Origin: Verrucomicrobiales bacterium
GTDB lineage: Bacteria; Verrucomicrobiota; Verrucomicrobiia; Limisphaerales; UBA11320
DNA: 27,235 nucleotides
Assembly: GCA_043745255.1 (NCBI GenBank)
Contig: JAYTTC010000250.1
Span: 1-27,235 of the forward strand
Direction of reading: 5' to 3'
The position numbers and the translations under genes are program-made. Every line of letters begins with the position of its first letter. Within the stretch, counting starts at the first letter, position 1. Under the pieces are notes generated by a model. That model did no database searches. It had not been told where the DNA came from and saw nothing but the letters and a program-made list of their open reading frames with translations. Below are positions 24,424-27,235 of this stretch, in pieces.

Positions 24424-25836
24424 ATGAACCGACGCACCGTGCGCCGCTCCGTCCTGTGCCTGTTGTTGTTGTTGTGTCCTCTGAGTCTGTTCGCTGCTGT
24501 GCCCACTGAGTCTCAGCGCCTGGCCGACATTGAGGCCTATCTCAGGAATACTCCCAGAATGGAAAGCGCTGCCGGGATGCTGCCGGGTCCCGGGCACAAT
24601 GCGTGGATGATGATTTCCTCGGCGCTGGTTCTGTTCATGACGCTGCCCGGTCTGGCCTTGTTCTATGGCGGACTGGTGCGCCGTAAAAATGTTCTTTCGG
24701 TGGTGGGACAATGCCTCGGGCTCGCGTGCGTGGTTCCGATTATCTGGTGGGCGGTGGGTTACAGCCTCTGTTTCTCGAAGGGAAACGGATTCATCGGGGG
24801 ATTCGATCATGTGTTTTTTCGAGGCGTGGACGCGACGCCAAACGGAGACTATGGCGGGTGGGTGTCGCACAACATCTACGCGATCTATCAACTGATGTTC
24901 GCGATCATTACTCCGGCGCTGATCATCGGCGCGATTGCAGAACGGATGAAGTATTCCGCCATCATGTTGTTCTGCGTGATCTGGCTCTTTGTCGTCTACT
25001 TCCCCTGCGTCCACATGATTTGGGGGGTGGGCGGGTGGATGAACGGGATCGCGAACAAGGATGCGGCCGTTAAGAGCATCGATTTTGCCGGAGGCATCGT
25101 GGTGCATATGACGTCCGGCTGGTCGGCCCTGGTGCTCTGTTTGCTGCTGGGAAAGCGTCTCGGCTTCGGCAAGGAGCCCATGCCACCCCACAGCATGGTT
25201 CTCTGCGCGATCGGCACCGGAATGCTCTGGGTGGGCTGGTATGGATTCAACGCGGGCAGCGCCGTGGCGGCCGACAGCATCGCAGCGAACGCCTTCGTAG
25301 CCACGACCTTTTCGGCTGCAGCCGGAGGGGTCACCTGGGCAGTGATGGAGCTATGGCTGCGCGGCAAGCCGAGCATCCTGGGTCTCTGCTCTGGCGCAGT
25401 GGCGGGGCTGGCGACCATTACTCCCGGAAGCGGCTTCGTCACCGCGAACGCCTCGATCCTAATTGGAGTGCTTGCCGGCATCGCCACCTTTGTGGCCTGC
25501 AGTAAACTGAAAGCGAAGCTCGGTTACGATGACTCTCTCGACACCTTTGGGGTTCACGCTGTGGGCGGTACGCTGGGAACCCTCCTGGTTGGTTTTCTCG
25601 CGACTCCCCTGGCCAATCCCAATCTTGCCTCGGAGTCGCTCAAGAGCATTGTGGGAAAGACCCTCTGGCTCGAGCAGCTGAAAGCCGGAGGCGTGGTCTT
25701 GCTGCTCTCGGTCGTGGCAACCACGGCCATCTACTATCTCGTGGGCATGATGGTGGGAAGCCTCCGCGTGGATCCCGAGACGGAGACCGTGGGTCTCGAC
25801 CTCGCGGAACATGGCGAGGAAGGCTACAACGAGTGA
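24424..25836 (+). CDS. amtB: Ammonium transporter
   Basis: LVLFMT.PGLALFYGGLVR.KN, YQLMFAIIT, DFAGG.VVH, LW.GW.GFNAGS, DDSLD.FGVH (twin His present); cleavable-looking leader. Confidence 0.96.
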   Translation: MNRRTVRRSVLCLLLLLCPLSLFAAVPTESQRLADIEAYLRNTPRMESAAGMLPGPGHNAWMMISSALVLFMTLPGLALFYGGLVRRKNVLSVVGQCLGLACVVPIIWWAVGYSLCFSKGNGFIGGFDHVFFRGVDATPNGDYGGWVSHNIYAIYQLMFAIITPALIIGAIAERMKYSAIMLFCVIWLFVVYFPCVHMIWGVGGWMNGIANKDAAVKSIDFAGGIVVHMTSGWSALVLCLLLGKRLGFGKEPMPPHSMVLCAIGTGMLWVGWYGFNAGSAVAADSIAANAFVATTFSAAAGGVTWAVMELWLRGKPSILGLCSGAVAGLATITPGSGFVTANASILIGVLAGIATFVACSKLKAKLGYDDSLDTFGVHAVGGTLGTLLVGFLATPLANPNLASESLKSIVGKTLWLEQLKAGGVVLLLSVVATTAIYYLVGMMVGSLRVDPETETVGLDLAEHGEEGYNE

Positions 25837-25959
25837 GCTGCCATCAGGGGCCTGGCATGAGGAGTCGATGTTTTTCCAAGGTTCCCACGATCTGGATGAT
25901 CGCGGGGGTGGAATTAAAAAAGAGGGAGAATGGAGTCTCGTAGATTCTAAAAGATGGGA

Positions 25960-26121
25960 CGGGGATGGGCCGATACGGCCCACGCTACAGAACTGCAGCA
26001 CGTCTTCCGTAGTGTCGTCCGTATCGGACGATTCGGGCCCTCTCCATTGCATGGGTTGTCTTCTGTAGTGTGGGCCGTATCGGCCCATCCCTGCCGAATC
26101 GTCCGATACAGACGACGCTAC
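25960..26121. repeat. BIME-like cluster of four GTAG-family REP-like hairpins (A reverse, B forward, A forward, B reverse)
   Basis: A- 25966-25988, B+ 26009-26031, A+ 26065-26087, B- 26099-26121. A = GTAG-YG-TGGGCCG-TAT-CGGCCCA; B = GTAG-YG-TCGTCYG-TAT-CGGACGA. Confidence 0.82.
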
Positions 26122-26248
26122 CCATTCAGGCTTTCGCCAAGGATCCACACCTCACCCACTTTTATTTGCATCCTCGTCGCGGTGCGCGCTAATCCTTGGA
26201 TCGACAGTCCGGACATTTTTATCGGACATTCGTTTTTGCGTGCGATCG

Positions 26249-26320
26249 CGATGGAATCACCTGGCCGCCCTGCTCTGTATCTTCGGTGCGGTGGCGTTCA
26301 CCTTCCTCCCCAAGAAATAG
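26249..26320 (+). pseudogene. Remnant resembling the last TM helix of a DUF486 (DMT-family) protein
   Basis: Hand translation RWNHLAALLCIFGAVAFTFLPKK* recalls the DUF486 C-terminal WNH..AF.C..GAV.F.F pattern. No recognisable remainder of the gene lies upstream. Confidence 0.45.
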
Positions 26321-26326
26321 CCTGGC

Positions 26327-26354
26327 TTGCAATCACTCCACGCAGACCTAGGAT
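26327..26354 (+). promoter_or_regulatory. Candidate sigma70 promoter for hisI
   Basis: TTGCAA-N16-TAGGAT, ending 9 nt before ATG 26364. Confidence 0.35.
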
Positions 26355-26363
26355 TCAGCCGCC

Positions 26364-26753
26364 ATGAGCTTTATTGAGAAGCTTAAATTTAATGCGGACG
26401 GCCTCATCCCGGCCATCGTTCAGGAGAGGACCACAGGTCGCGTCCTGATGATGGCTTGGATGAACAAGGCCTCGTTGGAAACCACGATGACCACCGGGCG
26501 GACTCATTTTTGGAGCCGCTCGCGACAGAAGTTCTGGATGAAGGGCGAATCCAGTGGCCATGTGCAGATGGTGAAGGACATCGCGTTGGATTGCGATGGA
26601 GACACACTCCTGATCCAGGTGGAACAGGTCGGCTCCGCGTGCCATGAGGGGTATCAGTCCTGTTTCTTCCGCTCGGTCGGGGCGGCCGGAAACGCTGTCC
26701 GGATCACCGAACCTCAGCTGGAGACTCCTGCCGACATCTACGGCAAGACATGA
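26364..26753 (+). CDS. hisI: Phosphoribosyl-AMP cyclohydrolase
   Basis: [46 protein letters not shown]. Confidence 0.96.
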   Translation: MSFIEKLKFNADGLIPAIVQERTTGRVLMMAWMNKASLETTMTTGRTHFWSRSRQKFWMKGESSGHVQMVKDIALDCDGDTLLIQVEQVGSACHEGYQSCFFRSVGAAGNAVRITEPQLETPADIYGKT

Positions 26754-26756
26754 GGA

Positions 26757-27235
26757 ATGGATGACGTTGTCCCTTTTGGCGGTGCGATCTGGTGCTGGCT
26801 GCTGCTCGCTCTTCTGGTCGGGCGCGGCGCGGACCTGTTCAGCACTTGGGTCGCCACTCCGAACCTGGTCCTGGAGGCGAATCCGCTGGCCCGCTGGCTC
26901 GGCTGGCGATGGGCTCTGCCTTTGAATGTGCTGATGAGCGTGGCCTTCGCGTTCTTTCCCATGCCCGCCATCATCATCGCCACCACCAGCGCGCTGGTGG
27001 CATCGCGAAATTTTCAGCAGGCCTGGGTGATGCGGACTCTCGGCGAGGAAGCCTATCGGGATTGGCATGTGCGACGGTTGATGGAAACACCGCTTGGCTT
27101 GTTTCTCGGATGTCTCGGGATGCAGAACCTGCTCATGGCTGCGATCGGAGGCGTGCTTGCGTGGAGCAGCGTCAATGGAGACGCGGTCGCTGTCGTTCCT
27201 TTCGGTATCGGTGTGGGTCTGATCGCCTATGCCCT
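26757..27235 (+). CDS. Membrane protein, 3'-partial (DUF5658-like motif)
   Basis: Not in the ORF track because it runs off the window end. Hand translation: MDDVVPFGGAIWCWLLLALLVGRGADLFSTWVATPNLVLEANPLARWLG...; D..ST......E.NPL motif and several TM segments; starts 3 bp after the hisI stop. Confidence 0.75.
   Translation, partial: MDDVVPFGGAIWCWLLLALLVGRGADLFSTWVATPNLVLEANPLARWLGWRWALPLNVLMSVAFAFFPMPAIIIATTSALVASRNFQQAWVMRTLGEEAYRDWHVRRLMETPLGLFLGCLGMQNLLMAAIGGVLAWSSVNGDAVAVVPFGIGVGLIAYA

Noticed and set aside
24409-25191. Long antisense or alternative-frame ORFs (also 15237-16055, 19634-20167, 22542-23228, 25459-26148, 26355-27068)
   Set aside because: They shadow well-supported genes on the opposite strand, which is common in GC-rich DNA, and show no family motifs.
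25960-26121. CRISPR array interpretation of the repeated units
   Set aside because: The units alternate orientation, come in two sequence types, have irregular spacing (20, 33 and 11 bp), and there are no cas genes. This fits REP/BIME better.

Overview
GC-rich (roughly 60% by eye) chromosomal window, most likely from a Verrucomicrobiota bacterium of the Pedosphaerales/Limisphaerales type (inferred from the CotH/lamin-tail giant protein, C-terminal tail style and pilin-like cassette). Left to right: the end of a monooxygenase-like gene; a CotH/lamin-tail relic truncated at both ends, converging on an intact ~1560-aa secreted CotH/LTD protein; dgoK plus a KDPG/KDPGal aldolase; a candidate sigma54-driven cassette of one secreted protein and three minor-pilin-like genes (PilV/W/X or GspI/J/K type); a ~1 kb hairpin-rich spacer; a membrane-domain/TIGR04283 glycosyltransferase fusion; a dsrEFH/tusDCB-like triad whose third gene (59 aa) is missing from the ORF track; divergent from it, a deoxyhypusine-synthase-like gene, a molybdopterin oxidoreductase and a cysteine desulfurase; an AT-rich DnaA-box spacer before an orphan dnaN; a DUF4331-TPR-HupE/UreJ operon with a SigK-like promoter; glnK/B-amtB; a four-unit GTAG-REP cluster with covarying stems; a DUF486-like remnant; hisI; and a partial membrane protein. 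No rRNA, tRNA, CRISPR array, transposase or integrase was seen. The best candidates for an undescribed system are the DUF4331-TPR-HupE/UreJ module (candidate ATCUN-based Ni/Cu capture) and the DsrEFH-like sulfur relay facing the DHS-like/Mo-enzyme/IscS genes. All family assignments come from motif recognition by eye; no searches were run.
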